This document shows positions 47,601 to 56,683 of a stretch of DNA of 64,000 nucleotides, piece by piece. The DNA comes from a virus (taxonomy: Duplodnaviria; Caudoviricetes): the IMG/VR virus record IMGVR_UViG_3300025715_000017, positions 25,718 to 89,717 of that record; one strand, given 5' to 3'. How positions within the stretch are numbered: position 1 is the stretch's first letter; each line of letters begins with the position of its first letter. Position numbers and translations under genes: made by a program. A model generated the notes under the pieces. That model did no database searches and was not told the DNA's origin. It saw nothing but the letters and a program-made list of their open reading frames with translations.

Positions 47601-47752
47601 TCTTGGCGGAGATGCTGTATGAGGCTTGGCCAGAATCAAATGAAGGGACTTTTGATGAAGGCTTCGATTTCGCCGTGGAAGTAATCATTGATTTCTTGCA
47701 AAGAGATGAGATCATGGATACACAGCAATTCCGAAAGGTAGTAAATTGCTAA
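47579..47752 (+). CDS. Small hypothetical protein (57 aa; not in the ORF track)
   Basis: AAGGA RBS; fills the gap in the operon. Confidence 0.5.
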   Translation: MLTKEQMILAEMLYEAWPESNEGTFDEGFDFAVEVIIDFLQRDEIMDTQQFRKVVNC

Positions 47753-47943
47753 GAGAACTTAGAAAACGAAAAAATGAATTAAAGAAACTTATCGTAAAGA
47801 TGGAATATCAAGTAGCTTGCGATATTGGTAGACTTACTCATAATAAAGAAAGGGAGATACAATTTCGTGAAGAGCTAATAAGCATCGAAGGCAAGATCAA
47901 ATATCGTGAAAGGAAATTGAAAGATGCGTCTAAGAGTCATTGA
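47746..47943 (+). CDS. Small basic coiled-coil protein
   Basis: ORF overlapping its neighbours. Confidence 0.5.
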   Translation: MLRELRKRKNELKKLIVKMEYQVACDIGRLTHNKEREIQFREELISIEGKIKYRERKLKDASKSH

Positions 47944-48142
47944 AGTAGCCCCAGAATACATTGGGCATGATATCGTTCTAACTGAAGATGAGAATCGAAG
48001 AACTTATTTTGTTGACCCGCGAATAGACTTCGCTAATGGAGATGCACCACCTATTGAAGATTTTGTTGGCAAAACCATAGAAGTAGATGCTTTGCAAGGC
48101 TATATTTGGTTAGGCAATAACGTAAGGATCATTGAATCATGA
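47924..48142 (+). CDS. Small hypothetical protein, probable paralog of 28543-28776
   Basis: Shared M.LRV...GK.IEV..L..YI..G...RI pattern. Confidence 0.55.
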   Translation: MRLRVIEVAPEYIGHDIVLTEDENRRTYFVDPRIDFANGDAPPIEDFVGKTIEVDALQGYIWLGNNVRIIES

Positions 48143-48588
48143 AAGTCACAATACAAGATGTTTTAAATCTTAAACCTTGTTATACATCACAATATTTACA
48201 AGCACTTTGGCAAGGTAAAGAAAGTTTAGCTCTACAGGAAATTGCTGGTCTTGATATTAGCGATGTTGATCGCATTTGGGTATTGATACGTCTCATGCCT
48301 AATCCTGAGAATGTTGTGGAAAAAGCAATGTCACGTTATTTGAAAGCTGCTTTAGAATACTACACTGACCCAGCGGCATTAGAAGCCATCAAAAATTGGC
48401 CACGAGAAGTGAAATTTACGAAAAATGAACAGATAAACGAAATTGCATGTATATGGTATGACTGGTCACGGTCTAAAACAGACCCTTGTTATTGTTGGCA
48501 TACACTGATATGGGTACGACCTATATGTGGATATGACGAGACAGAGCGTCAACTAAATGACATCCTTGAGGAGATCAAAAATGATTAA
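48139..48588 (+). CDS. Hypothetical protein
   Basis: ATGA overlap; T+.D+L.L.PC...D+.WVL phage-like pattern. Confidence 0.6.
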   Translation: MKVTIQDVLNLKPCYTSQYLQALWQGKESLALQEIAGLDISDVDRIWVLIRLMPNPENVVEKAMSRYLKAALEYYTDPAALEAIKNWPREVKFTKNEQINEIACIWYDWSRSKTDPCYCWHTLIWVRPICGYDETERQLNDILEEIKND

Positions 48589-49129
48589 AGGGCAAATCAC
48601 CACTAATGAAGTGGAACGCTTGAGCTATTTGGCGAGTACGCTGGATAAAAACAGCTTAATTGTTGAAATCGGTGCATATCGAGGTAAAAGCACGGTGGCG
48701 CTTGCAAAAGGGATGCCAGAGACTTGCCATATCGTGAGTATTGACCCAGGGGTTCTTGGGCCACAGTCACGACCAGATCAGGGTTACGAAACTACGGAAA
48801 CACTTCTTGCTTTCCGCGAAAACATTAAGCCTTATCAGCAGAATATCACACAAATCATTGGCTGGCCTAATAAAGTGGCGCAATGGTGGGGTGGCGACAT
48901 TGATCTATTATTTGTTGATGCCACGAAACGGTATGAGTCCATTGTCAAGATATGGAAAGCTTTCATACCATTTTGTGTATATCGCGTGGCTTCGCATGAC
49001 TATGTTACTGATGAAACATCGGATCAATATTATCCTGGGGTACATAGAGCACTTCAAGAAGTTGTGTTTCCAAAAGTAACAGATGAGCAACATCATGTAG
49101 ATTATACATGGGATGGAGTAATGAAATGA
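48581..49129 (+). CDS. Class I SAM-dependent methyltransferase (Methyltransf_24-like)
   Basis: IVEIGAYRGKST, SID, IDLLFVDA, HDY, YPGV..A. Confidence 0.8.
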   Translation: MIKGQITTNEVERLSYLASTLDKNSLIVEIGAYRGKSTVALAKGMPETCHIVSIDPGVLGPQSRPDQGYETTETLLAFRENIKPYQQNITQIIGWPNKVAQWWGGDIDLLFVDATKRYESIVKIWKAFIPFCVYRVASHDYVTDETSDQYYPGVHRALQEVVFPKVTDEQHHVDYTWDGVMK

Positions 49130-49226
49130 TAGAATGGACATGGAACGGCTTACGCTGTGAAAATGCATTACCAAAAAGATGGTTTGATCTTCGTGGAGCG
49201 GACTTTAGTAATGAAAGGTACTGGCA

Positions 49227-49996
49227 ATGAAACAAGAAATAATGAATGAGATCAAGCAGGCGATGGAACAAGCCCAGAAATGGGTGCATGATCCAAAGAC
49301 CAATCTATTGTATGTTGAAGTTGAACCCCTATATTGGAGAGCTATATATCCCCCCGAAGAAATGTCAACAAGCATACCGGCAGCATGTGTATTGCTACAG
49401 CACGCACCCGCGCTGCTTGACGAAATCGAGCGGCTGCAAGCGGAACTAAAACGGTGGACCGGGGTATTCACGGGAGTCACCCCAGAAGATATGCGTCGGC
49501 GCATGATGGATATGTCCGTCGCTCATGCGTGGTTGTCTGAAGAAAACTTCCGCCTCACCGCATACGTGGCGGAACTGGAAGAAAAACTTGAAACAACTAG
49601 AATGCAACTAGCAGCATGTGATGTAGTTGCAAATTCAAACACACCAGAAAGCGCTCAAGAACATCGCCAGATGTCCTCCCGATACAAGAGTGCCGCATTA
49701 CTATCGGTTGAATCCGCTGTTGATCGTGAAATGGAATTGCGGCAGCGCGTCGCCGAACTGGAGCCAGCATCCGCAACCACGCAACCCATCACCCCGCCCA
49801 CCCCTGGCCCGAGCGCACCTGCGGCGAGTGCGCGTGGAGGCAGGACGAATACACCGGCGCATATCACACCGCGTGTGGGCACATGTGGCAATTCACCGAG
49901 GGCGACATTGCAGACAACGACACGCGCTATTGTCCGTACTGCGGCGGGCAAATTGTGGAACAGCCCACGGAGGGCGAGGAGGAGGCCGACGAATGA
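49227..49996 (+). CDS. Mosaic coiled-coil protein whose likely C-terminal Zn-ribbon lies in the -1 frame
   Basis: HAPALLDEIERLQ module; from ~49802 the alternative frame reads WPERTCGECAWRQDEYTG...CGHMW...CPYCGG and stops at 49994-49996. Confidence 0.55.
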
Positions 49997-50071
49997 ACCG
50001 CAACCCCGCCGCGAACTGTGGCAACTGCCCATACTGAAAATACGATATGCATGACATGGAAAGGAGATCAA

Positions 50072-50554
50072 ATGAATCAGGAAACGATTAACAAAATCAG
50101 ACAGGCGCTGGAGCAGGCAACGCCGGGACCGTGGCGCAAGGGTACGTTTAATGTCTGGTGTGATGATGAAGATTCATGTATATGTGATCTTGGTCAGGGG
50201 GTGCGTTACTGGTATGACGGTGGCCTCCGAAATTATATGCGACAAGATACAGAAGAACGTGCATTTGCTGATTCGTGTCTTATCCCCCTGCTCCGCAACC
50301 ACGCGCCCGCGCTGCTGGACGAAATCGAGCGGCTGCAAGAAGAATTAAATAGGTGGACTGGTGTATTTGCAGGAATTACTCCTGAAAATATGCGTCAAAG
50401 GATGTCGGATCTGTCAATCGCTAATGCCCAACTCACGGCCCGCGTCGCGGAACTGACGGCCGAACTGGATGACTATTGCCGTGCAGACGCAAACATAAAC
50501 TATGCCCTGAACGAGGGCGACAGGAATATAAATCATGAAACAGCGCAACCCTAA
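50072..50554 (+). CDS. Ead/Ea22-like protein (ATPGPW motif) with HAPALLDEIERLQ module
   Basis: LEQATPGPW...ALLDEIERL; AAGGAG RBS. Confidence 0.6.
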   Translation: MNQETINKIRQALEQATPGPWRKGTFNVWCDDEDSCICDLGQGVRYWYDGGLRNYMRQDTEERAFADSCLIPLLRNHAPALLDEIERLQEELNRWTGVFAGITPENMRQRMSDLSIANAQLTARVAELTAELDDYCRADANINYALNEGDRNINHETAQP

Positions 50555-50918
50555 TGCGAAGTGCGGGAACTGCCCGTACTGGAAAAAAATAATGCACGGT
50601 ATAGGCCAATGTCGCTCTAAAGCTGCAAGTGAATTGTGTGATTGGCAAGAAACAGAAGAAATAAACTGGTGCGGCCAGCACCCGGACTTCTGGACACATA
50701 CACCAAAGAAGATCGTGATCGGCCCTGAAATTGTGAATTGCGACTATGTACCGACCAAATGCGAAAGTTGCAATCGCCAACTGAGTGTAACGACTGACAA
50801 GGATTCTCCTTGCTATACATGCGGGCATGATTTCAAAAACTACAAGCCTTTTGACGACCCCGGCGTGCTCGCCATGCAAGCGCTGGCAGAGATGGACAGG
50901 AAGGAGGCCGACACATGA
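50535..50918 (+). CDS. Cys-rich small protein (RNP..CGNCP / WCGQHPDFW module plus Zn ribbon)
   Basis: CGNC, CESC, CYTC motifs. Confidence 0.6.
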   Translation: MKQRNPNAKCGNCPYWKKIMHGIGQCRSKAASELCDWQETEEINWCGQHPDFWTHTPKKIVIGPEIVNCDYVPTKCESCNRQLSVTTDKDSPCYTCGHDFKNYKPFDDPGVLAMQALAEMDRKEADT

Positions 50919-51250
50919 AACGCAACCCCGCCGCGAACTGCGGCAACTGCCCGTTTTGGGCATCGTGGACAGGAACAGGCAGTCCCGATCATATAGGGGA
51001 ATGCCGACAAACAAGCGTCAAGCCAAACAATACAAATCAACGGTGGGAGACGACGGGGGCTAACGAGTGGTGCGGCCAGCACCCGGACTTCTGGGAGATG
51101 GCCGAGATCACCAACACCTGCCCATCCTGCTGGCCCACCGACGACGCGGTGCGCACGCCGGAGTGGACACATGTTGGCGTACAGTCCACTACGTATTGTC
51201 CGCACTGCGGCAAAGCAACGACTAGCACGTTTGAGCAGGACAAGTCCTGA
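50915..51250 (+). CDS. Cys-rich small protein, paralog of the preceding gene with a different C-terminal Zn ribbon
   Basis: RNPAANCGNCP, WCGQHPDFW, CPSC, CPHC. Confidence 0.6.
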   Translation: MKRNPAANCGNCPFWASWTGTGSPDHIGECRQTSVKPNNTNQRWETTGANEWCGQHPDFWEMAEITNTCPSCWPTDDAVRTPEWTHVGVQSTTYCPHCGKATTSTFEQDKS

Positions 51251-51252
51251 CC

Positions 51253-51402
51253 ATGACGACCGCGAATAAAGAAACACTATATGGAGTTTATGGTTCGGAA
51301 TGTTTGCATAATGATCCCGACGAAGCCATAGAAGAGTATCTCGACGATTGCGATACCTCTGATTTTGCGGCAATAACACTAGATGTATGGGAATACAAAT
51401 GA
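51253..51402 (+). CDS. Small acidic protein (49 aa; not in the ORF track)
   Basis: ATGA overlap with the glycosyltransferase. Confidence 0.45.
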   Translation: MTTANKETLYGVYGSECLHNDPDEAIEEYLDDCDTSDFAAITLDVWEYK

Positions 51403-52706
51403 ATTTAACTTATACCATAGCCACTGAAGAAATGGCGCCTTTGGCAGAAAGAACATTGGCGACATTTCCAAAGGATACGCTGGTTTTTCGTAGATTGATC
51501 TCGAAATACCAGCACTCCAAGTATATGTTTTTTCTGCTTTCAGAACTGGCAGAACAGTATCCACAAGCGGAAGTGTTTCAATATGCAGACAGTGATATCT
51601 TCATGCGTGGTGGTGACATTTTCGACCGTGATCTTAATTGCATTTGGATGCTCGACGAAGCAGAGTACCGACGTAACGGCAACTGGGCAGATCAATTCAA
51701 AGAAAAAATAGAAGAGCATACAGGCGAAGCCGTGAATTGGACTAGGCATTGGTGGAATCCAGGTGTGTCAATAATCCCAAGACAATTCGCTAAGTATTTC
51801 GTAATGCCGCCTTGGGATGTCAATACACATTTATGGAATACACGAAGTGGCAAAGACATTGTAAAGAATATGCCATATATTAATTGGCTTATTGCTAAGC
51901 ATGGCTTGCCTATTCGTGATCTCACACCTTATTGGAATTGCATGGATCCTTTACGCTCGCCATTCGCAAAGGAGGCAAATTACTGGCATTTAACGCAGAA
52001 CGAGCATTTCAACGCTTATGCGAAATTGAACATATTGAAACGTTTGGAGATGCCTTGGCAGCCCAAAGCTTGTTTAGTTACTGTAGTTATTGGTGAAGCT
52101 TTTGAAGAACTTGCAAAATACACCTTGCTTTTAATGGAAGAAGCAGCGAGGCGTTGGAATATGGATTTCAAAGTCGTAAGGAGAAATAAAAGATACCCTT
52201 CACCATCATTTTGTAAACTCGAATATCCAAAGGATTATGATGTTTATGTATTTGCAGATTGCGACATGATGATCTTACCAGAATGCCCTAATCCTATAGA
52301 TTATGTGCCACAAGGTAAATTTGGGGCATTCAATAGCCTAACCCTTGATTACATGCGAGCAGAGACAGCAAGTTGGAGAACTTCATTCAAAGAGTGGTCA
52401 GATCGTGCCGGGTATGCCATTCCTGAAAGTATGCCTTACTATATCAACGGTGGCTTTTTCGTTTGCTGGAAAGAGTGCAAGCACATTCTGAATGTGCCTC
52501 CAATTGATCTCGACGGGTACTTCGAGCAGCACGGTTTGAATCATAATCTTTGGCGTGACGATGTTTATTTCGAAATGGATCGCAAATGGAACTGGGGTCA
52601 CTTGCATATCAATGACAACACTGAAGGTGCTTATATAGTACATCTCAATGGTGTACCTTTGGATCAACGTATAGACTATTTTAGAAAGGTAATGAAAAAT
52701 GACTGA
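51399..52706 (+). CDS. Glycosyltransferase with two tandem GT8-like (GT-A) domains
   Basis: YADSDIF and FADCDMM (DxD), WWNPGVS, YINGG, KWN, IVHLNG; N-domain paralogous to 21639. Confidence 0.8.
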   Translation: MNLTYTIATEEMAPLAERTLATFPKDTLVFRRLISKYQHSKYMFFLLSELAEQYPQAEVFQYADSDIFMRGGDIFDRDLNCIWMLDEAEYRRNGNWADQFKEKIEEHTGEAVNWTRHWWNPGVSIIPRQFAKYFVMPPWDVNTHLWNTRSGKDIVKNMPYINWLIAKHGLPIRDLTPYWNCMDPLRSPFAKEANYWHLTQNEHFNAYAKLNILKRLEMPWQPKACLVTVVIGEAFEELAKYTLLLMEEAARRWNMDFKVVRRNKRYPSPSFCKLEYPKDYDVYVFADCDMMILPECPNPIDYVPQGKFGAFNSLTLDYMRAETASWRTSFKEWSDRAGYAIPESMPYYINGGFFVCWKECKHILNVPPIDLDGYFEQHGLNHNLWRDDVYFEMDRKWNWGHLHINDNTEGAYIVHLNGVPLDQRIDYFRKVMKND

Positions 52707-53103
52707 AGCACGTGCGTACTTGGCGAAGATGATGGCTAATTGCACTGTACCGGAAGTATCAATTGCCATCAATTGCAGAGCAGATCAACTTTACAGTTGG
52801 TTACGAGGCAAGCATAAAATCTACACAAAACATGCCAGAAGTCTTGCCAGATATTTCAATGTCGGCCCTGAGAATTTCCTCGATGAGTGGTATGAACTTG
52901 ACCCGGCAGACACTTCTTTTGGCACTGAACTACGGCGTGAACGTTTGAGAATGGGGATGTCCCTTAGAGAGATGTCTTATCGTATTGGTTATGCTGACAA
53001 AACAATATGCAATTGGGAACACAATCAGATCAAAGAGAAAAAGCAAGAATATGTGTGGACACTTGTGCAACTGGTTAAAAAAGATCTGCCAGAGGTATTT
53101 TAA
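52699..53103 (+). CDS. Tandem XRE-family HTH regulator
   Basis: QLYSWLRG..; LRRERLRMGMSLREMSYRIGYADKTICNWE. Confidence 0.75.
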   Translation: MTEARAYLAKMMANCTVPEVSIAINCRADQLYSWLRGKHKIYTKHARSLARYFNVGPENFLDEWYELDPADTSFGTELRRERLRMGMSLREMSYRIGYADKTICNWEHNQIKEKKQEYVWTLVQLVKKDLPEVF

Positions 53104-54012
53104 ATGATCCAATTTGAAAGTAGATTGAAAGCATTAAGTCCAACTTCATTGAAGTGCTTTGAAACAAGTGTTGATACTTTCGTTTGCCGCTATGTCTTGG
53201 AGATACCAAGGCCACCGCAAACGAAACCTATGAGCATAGGATCAGCCTTCGATGCCAGAATCAAAGCATATATTGCTCAGAAAATTCTGGGGGTAGAAGA
53301 CTGGTTTGAGAATTTGTTTGAAGCACAGGTCGAGCCAGCTTTTCGTGATTGGGCATTTGCAGAATCTGAAAATGTATTCAATGATTATGTGAATGCTGGT
53401 TGTGCTGATGATCTCATTAGAGAAATAGGTGACTCCATAGCCTTGAGAATGGAATTCGAGCAATTCAAATCCTTGAAATATGAAGATGGTTTTGAAGTCC
53501 CATTATATGGAAAACCAGATGCTTATTTCATGCGCCGCGATGGTTTACAAATAGTTATTGACTGGAAAGTTAATGGCTATTGTTCACAAGCTTCTCCTGC
53601 TGCTGGGTATGTACGCCTCATTGACAAAGAGGGTTATGATCTCGGTTCACACCGTTATGCTTTTCCTATCCTCTACAAAGGTATATCTTGTGCCACTGGT
53701 GAAATACCTTTGCAATGGCGAGATCAGATTAGAATGTATTCTTGGATGCTTGGTGAAGATAATAATGATTGGGTGGCAGGAATAGATCAATTAGCTTATC
53801 GTAATGGCATTCCACGATATGCCATTCACAGGATACGCTTAACAAATGATGATTTGGAATTACGTAAACGTATACGGTTGGCTTGGGAAGCAATTTCCAC
53901 AGGTCATTATTATTATGATCGCTCACTTGAAGAATCAAATATGCGTATTGAGTTACTAAAAGATAACAGAGTCATGAGAGAATGTTTACTTGACTTTAGA
54001 GGATTTCGTTGA
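53104..54012 (+). CDS. PD-(D/E)xK nuclease (RecB/Cas4-like exonuclease)
   Basis: LSPTSL, GSAFD, GKPD, VIDWK, QIRMY. Confidence 0.8.
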   Translation: MIQFESRLKALSPTSLKCFETSVDTFVCRYVLEIPRPPQTKPMSIGSAFDARIKAYIAQKILGVEDWFENLFEAQVEPAFRDWAFAESENVFNDYVNAGCADDLIREIGDSIALRMEFEQFKSLKYEDGFEVPLYGKPDAYFMRRDGLQIVIDWKVNGYCSQASPAAGYVRLIDKEGYDLGSHRYAFPILYKGISCATGEIPLQWRDQIRMYSWMLGEDNNDWVAGIDQLAYRNGIPRYAIHRIRLTNDDLELRKRIRLAWEAISTGHYYYDRSLEESNMRIELLKDNRVMRECLLDFRGFR

Positions 54013-54031
54013 AAACCATAAGGAGAATGAC

Positions 54032-54283
54032 ATGACTACGTGGCGTGAATTAATATATGAAGAGATGAAAAATCAGAACGAGTCTTGGGCTGATGTTGTA
54101 AGCCATACGGAATTTGATCTTGATCGTAAGTTCAATGATGACTATGGAACTCCCGAAGGAGAACCTTTTACACTGTGGACGAAAAAGCGTGTGTACTTCC
54201 CTGTAGAATATGATGGCAGTGAACGGGTAAGTAGTGTGCCTCGATCACCTCGCTCCAAAGAAGTTACACGTCATGTAGGTTGA
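54032..54283 (+). CDS. Phage-type hypothetical protein
   Basis: AAGGAG RBS; F...YG..EG.PFT.WT..RVYFPV.YDG.E.V.SVPR.P pattern. Confidence 0.65.
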   Translation: MTTWRELIYEEMKNQNESWADVVSHTEFDLDRKFNDDYGTPEGEPFTLWTKKRVYFPVEYDGSERVSSVPRSPRSKEVTRHVG

Positions 54284-54290
54284 GAATGAT

Positions 54291-54827
54291 ATGACTTATG
54301 CCGAATTACAAACAATTCTTGCCAAGCATCCATTCTTGCAGATATTGATTAAAAATATGCCCTTAGAGACATTGCAAATCAAATTTGATGATTTCAAGAA
54401 TTTCCAAGTCAAAGGGGTTACGAAAATCTACTTTGCAAGTGATCTCATTCAATCGTTTACAATTGATGTAGCATATATTTCTGATCTTTTCAAACGACAT
54501 GGCCGCCCACGGTATATTGTACACAAGGAGAAAGGAACCATTACAATTTACCGTTATCGTTCACGCAAATATACGACTTTGCCAAAATTACATGTCTACA
54601 CCGACCCTGTAACAAAAAAGGAGAGAATATATGAAAATGTGAAACTATTAGGAACAGCAAAAATCACCAAGAAAAACCCAGAAGGAGTTTATTTAAGAGG
54701 CTTATGTGAAACTAAAGATGGTCCTAAAATGTGTTTATTTTTCGTGCGCTTCATTAATTTCAAAAACCCACAAGATCACCATTTGAAAGCAGCTCGATTT
54801 AACAGAGGACATTGGCACTTCACATGA
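54291..54827 (+). CDS. Hypothetical protein
   Basis: 178 aa ORF in the operon. Confidence 0.55.
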   Translation: MTYAELQTILAKHPFLQILIKNMPLETLQIKFDDFKNFQVKGVTKIYFASDLIQSFTIDVAYISDLFKRHGRPRYIVHKEKGTITIYRYRSRKYTTLPKLHVYTDPVTKKERIYENVKLLGTAKITKKNPEGVYLRGLCETKDGPKMCLFFVRFINFKNPQDHHLKAARFNRGHWHFT

Positions 54828-55000
54828 ATATTCAAAGAATACTTGCAGAGTCAACAGGAAGCATTTGTTTAATCGGCCCAGGATATCGTTTGTATCTTGA
54901 TTCATCTTGTCACGGTGAGATTAGTGACATTGATGAAATAGCAAAATTCACTGAACCAAATACGCATGAATTCAACACGGCTACAGAGGAAAAATTGTGA
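54812..55000 (+). CDS. Small hypothetical protein
   Basis: Overlaps the upstream gene. Confidence 0.4.
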   Translation: MALHMNIQRILAESTGSICLIGPGYRLYLDSSCHGEISDIDEIAKFTEPNTHEFNTATEEKL

Positions 55001-55024
55001 TTTAAAAACCTTTTGAAACTTTTT

Positions 55025-55065
55025 ATATTCTGAGCCTTGCCGATAGGCGGCAAGGCTCAGAATAT
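55025..55065. repeat. Perfect 18-bp inverted repeat with 5-nt loop
   Basis: ATATTCTGAGCCTTGCCG-ATAGG-CGGCAAGGCTCAGAATAT. Confidence 0.85.
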
Positions 55066-55079
55066 TCTGGAGAGCAACC

Positions 55080-55365
55080 ATGAAAGCAAAAAGAATCATG
55101 AAAATACCTTTAAGCTGGATTATCAACCCACCGTCTCCTTATGCTGTTGATCCTCACCGAAATGTTAAAGTCATCCGAATATGCACCTATACCCGTTATA
55201 AAGATCAGTAGTGAAGGGTATGCATTGTTAGGTGGCTTTACAAAACATGCCATTGCACATAAAATAGGCTTAACTGAAATTAATGTGTCTGTAGAAAAAG
55301 AATCAATGTCAATTTACAATAAAGCAGTTTGTATCTTTAAGAGACTTGCATATCTTGACTTTTGA
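55080..55365 (+). pseudogene. Frameshifted duplicate of 55462-55785 (degenerate ParB-like domain)
   Basis: Lacks the 17 nt ACCACTTCACTTAATAT of the intact copy at junction 55151/55152; premature TAG at 55209-55211. Confidence 0.8.
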
Positions 55366-55383
55366 AATTTTTTGTGCTATAAT
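55355..55383 (+). promoter_or_regulatory. Sigma70-type cassette promoter
   Basis: TTGACT-N17-TATAAT, extended TG. Confidence 0.85.
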
Positions 55384-55461
55384 AGTACTAGAAAATTGAG
55401 AAAGCAAGCCTTGCCGATAGGCGGCAAGGTGAAGCATCTCAGAAAATTCTGGAGAGCAACT

Positions 55462-55785
55462 ATGAAAGCAAAAAGAACCATGAAAATACCTTTAAGCTGG
55501 ATTATCAACCCACCGTCTCCTTATAATGTTGATACCACTTCACTTAATATCCTCACCGAAATGTTAAAGTCATCCGAATATGCACCTATACCTGTTGTGC
55601 AGATTAGTAGTGAAGGGTATGCACTATTAGGTGACTTCATAAAATATGCTATCGCCCACAAAATAGGCTTAACTGAAATTAATGTGTCTGTAAAAAAAGA
55701 ATTAATAGACATTGTATCAGTTTATAATGATGCAGTTTGTAATCTAACTGAAGCTTTAAGAGACTTACACGACCTTGACTTTTGA
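55462..55785 (+). CDS. Degenerate ParB-N-like domain protein
   Basis: IPLSWI...L.EML...P.PV....YALLGDF.K.AIA.K.GL.EI.V; lacks the GxxR motif. Confidence 0.55.
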   Translation: MKAKRTMKIPLSWIINPPSPYNVDTTSLNILTEMLKSSEYAPIPVVQISSEGYALLGDFIKYAIAHKIGLTEINVSVKKELIDIVSVYNDAVCNLTEALRDLHDLDF

Positions 55786-55803
55786 AATTTTTTGTGCTAT
55801 ACT
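55775..55803 (+). promoter_or_regulatory. Sigma70-type cassette promoter
   Basis: TTGACT-N17-TATACT, extended TG. Confidence 0.8.
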
Positions 55804-55865
55804 ATTAGTAAGAAAGCAAAGTTTGCCGATAGGCGGCAAACCTCAGAAAATTCTGGAGAGTAACC

Positions 55866-56120
55866 ATGTTAATTGAATTAAACACTATCGTAAATCCAGC
55901 CACACAGATTAATATTAAAGAACATGAATATTTAGCAACAATATTAAAAAATGGAACTTACATGCCTTTTGAGGTAGTCCAGCTAAATAGTGGATACTAT
56001 GCTTTACTTTGTGACTTTGAAATACATGCTGTGGCCCATAGTTTAAGATTAAAATACGTTGAAGCTAATATTCATCTTATTGATTATAAGGCAAGCAATT
56101 TCAATTATAGAAGATCTTGA
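55866..56120 (+). CDS. Third degenerate ParB-N-like paralog
   Basis: PFEVVQLNSGYYALLCDF..HAVA..L.L..VEA aligns with 55462. Confidence 0.55.
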   Translation: MLIELNTIVNPATQINIKEHEYLATILKNGTYMPFEVVQLNSGYYALLCDFEIHAVAHSLRLKYVEANIHLIDYKASNFNYRRS

Positions 56121-56145
56121 CTTTCGAAACCTTTTGTGCTATAAT
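56117..56145 (+). promoter_or_regulatory. Sigma70-type cassette promoter
   Basis: TTGACT-N17-TATAAT, extended TG. Confidence 0.85.
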
Positions 56146-56197
56146 AGTATTAGAAAATTGATTGGCAGCAAGTCTCAGAAAATTCTGGAGCAAAAGA

Positions 56198-56683
56198 ATG
56201 AATCAAGCATTATTCACAAGCAAAAAAGATGAATGGGAAACACCGCAAGAACTTTTCGAGCAACTGCATCAGAAATTTCTGTTCACATTAGACCCGTGTT
56301 GTGATGAGAGCAACGCTAAATGTGAACAGTATTTCACGAAAGAAGATGATGGCCTGATCCAGTCATGGGCAGGCCATTGCGTGTTCATGAACCCACCTTA
56401 TGGGCGAAGCATTGGGAAGTGGATGCAAAAAGCCTATGAAGAATTCTTGAACGGGACAACAGTGGTATGTCTCGTACCCGCACGAACAGACACTATTTGG
56501 TGGCACGAGTATGCCACAAAAGGGCAGGTTATATTTCTGCGTGGACGTCTCAAATTCGGGGGAAGTAAAAACAGTGCGCCTTTCCCAAGTGCCGTAGTGG
56601 TATTTCAACCTCAGAATATTCTGATACGTTGGGCCATTCGTTACCGTCTCATTAACAACTTTCACAGGAGAATTGTATTATGA
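56198..56683 (+). CDS. Phage N6-adenine DNA methyltransferase
   Basis: DEWETPQ, FTLDPC, VFMNPPYG, LVPARTDT.WW, F.RGRLKFG. Confidence 0.9.
   Translation: MNQALFTSKKDEWETPQELFEQLHQKFLFTLDPCCDESNAKCEQYFTKEDDGLIQSWAGHCVFMNPPYGRSIGKWMQKAYEEFLNGTTVVCLVPARTDTIWWHEYATKGQVIFLRGRLKFGGSKNSAPFPSAVVVFQPQNILIRWAIRYRLINNFHRRIVL

Noticed and set aside
49227-55785. Diversity-generating retroelement (near-identical repeat pairs)
   Set aside because: No reverse transcriptase in the window, and differences between repeat copies are not confined to adenines.
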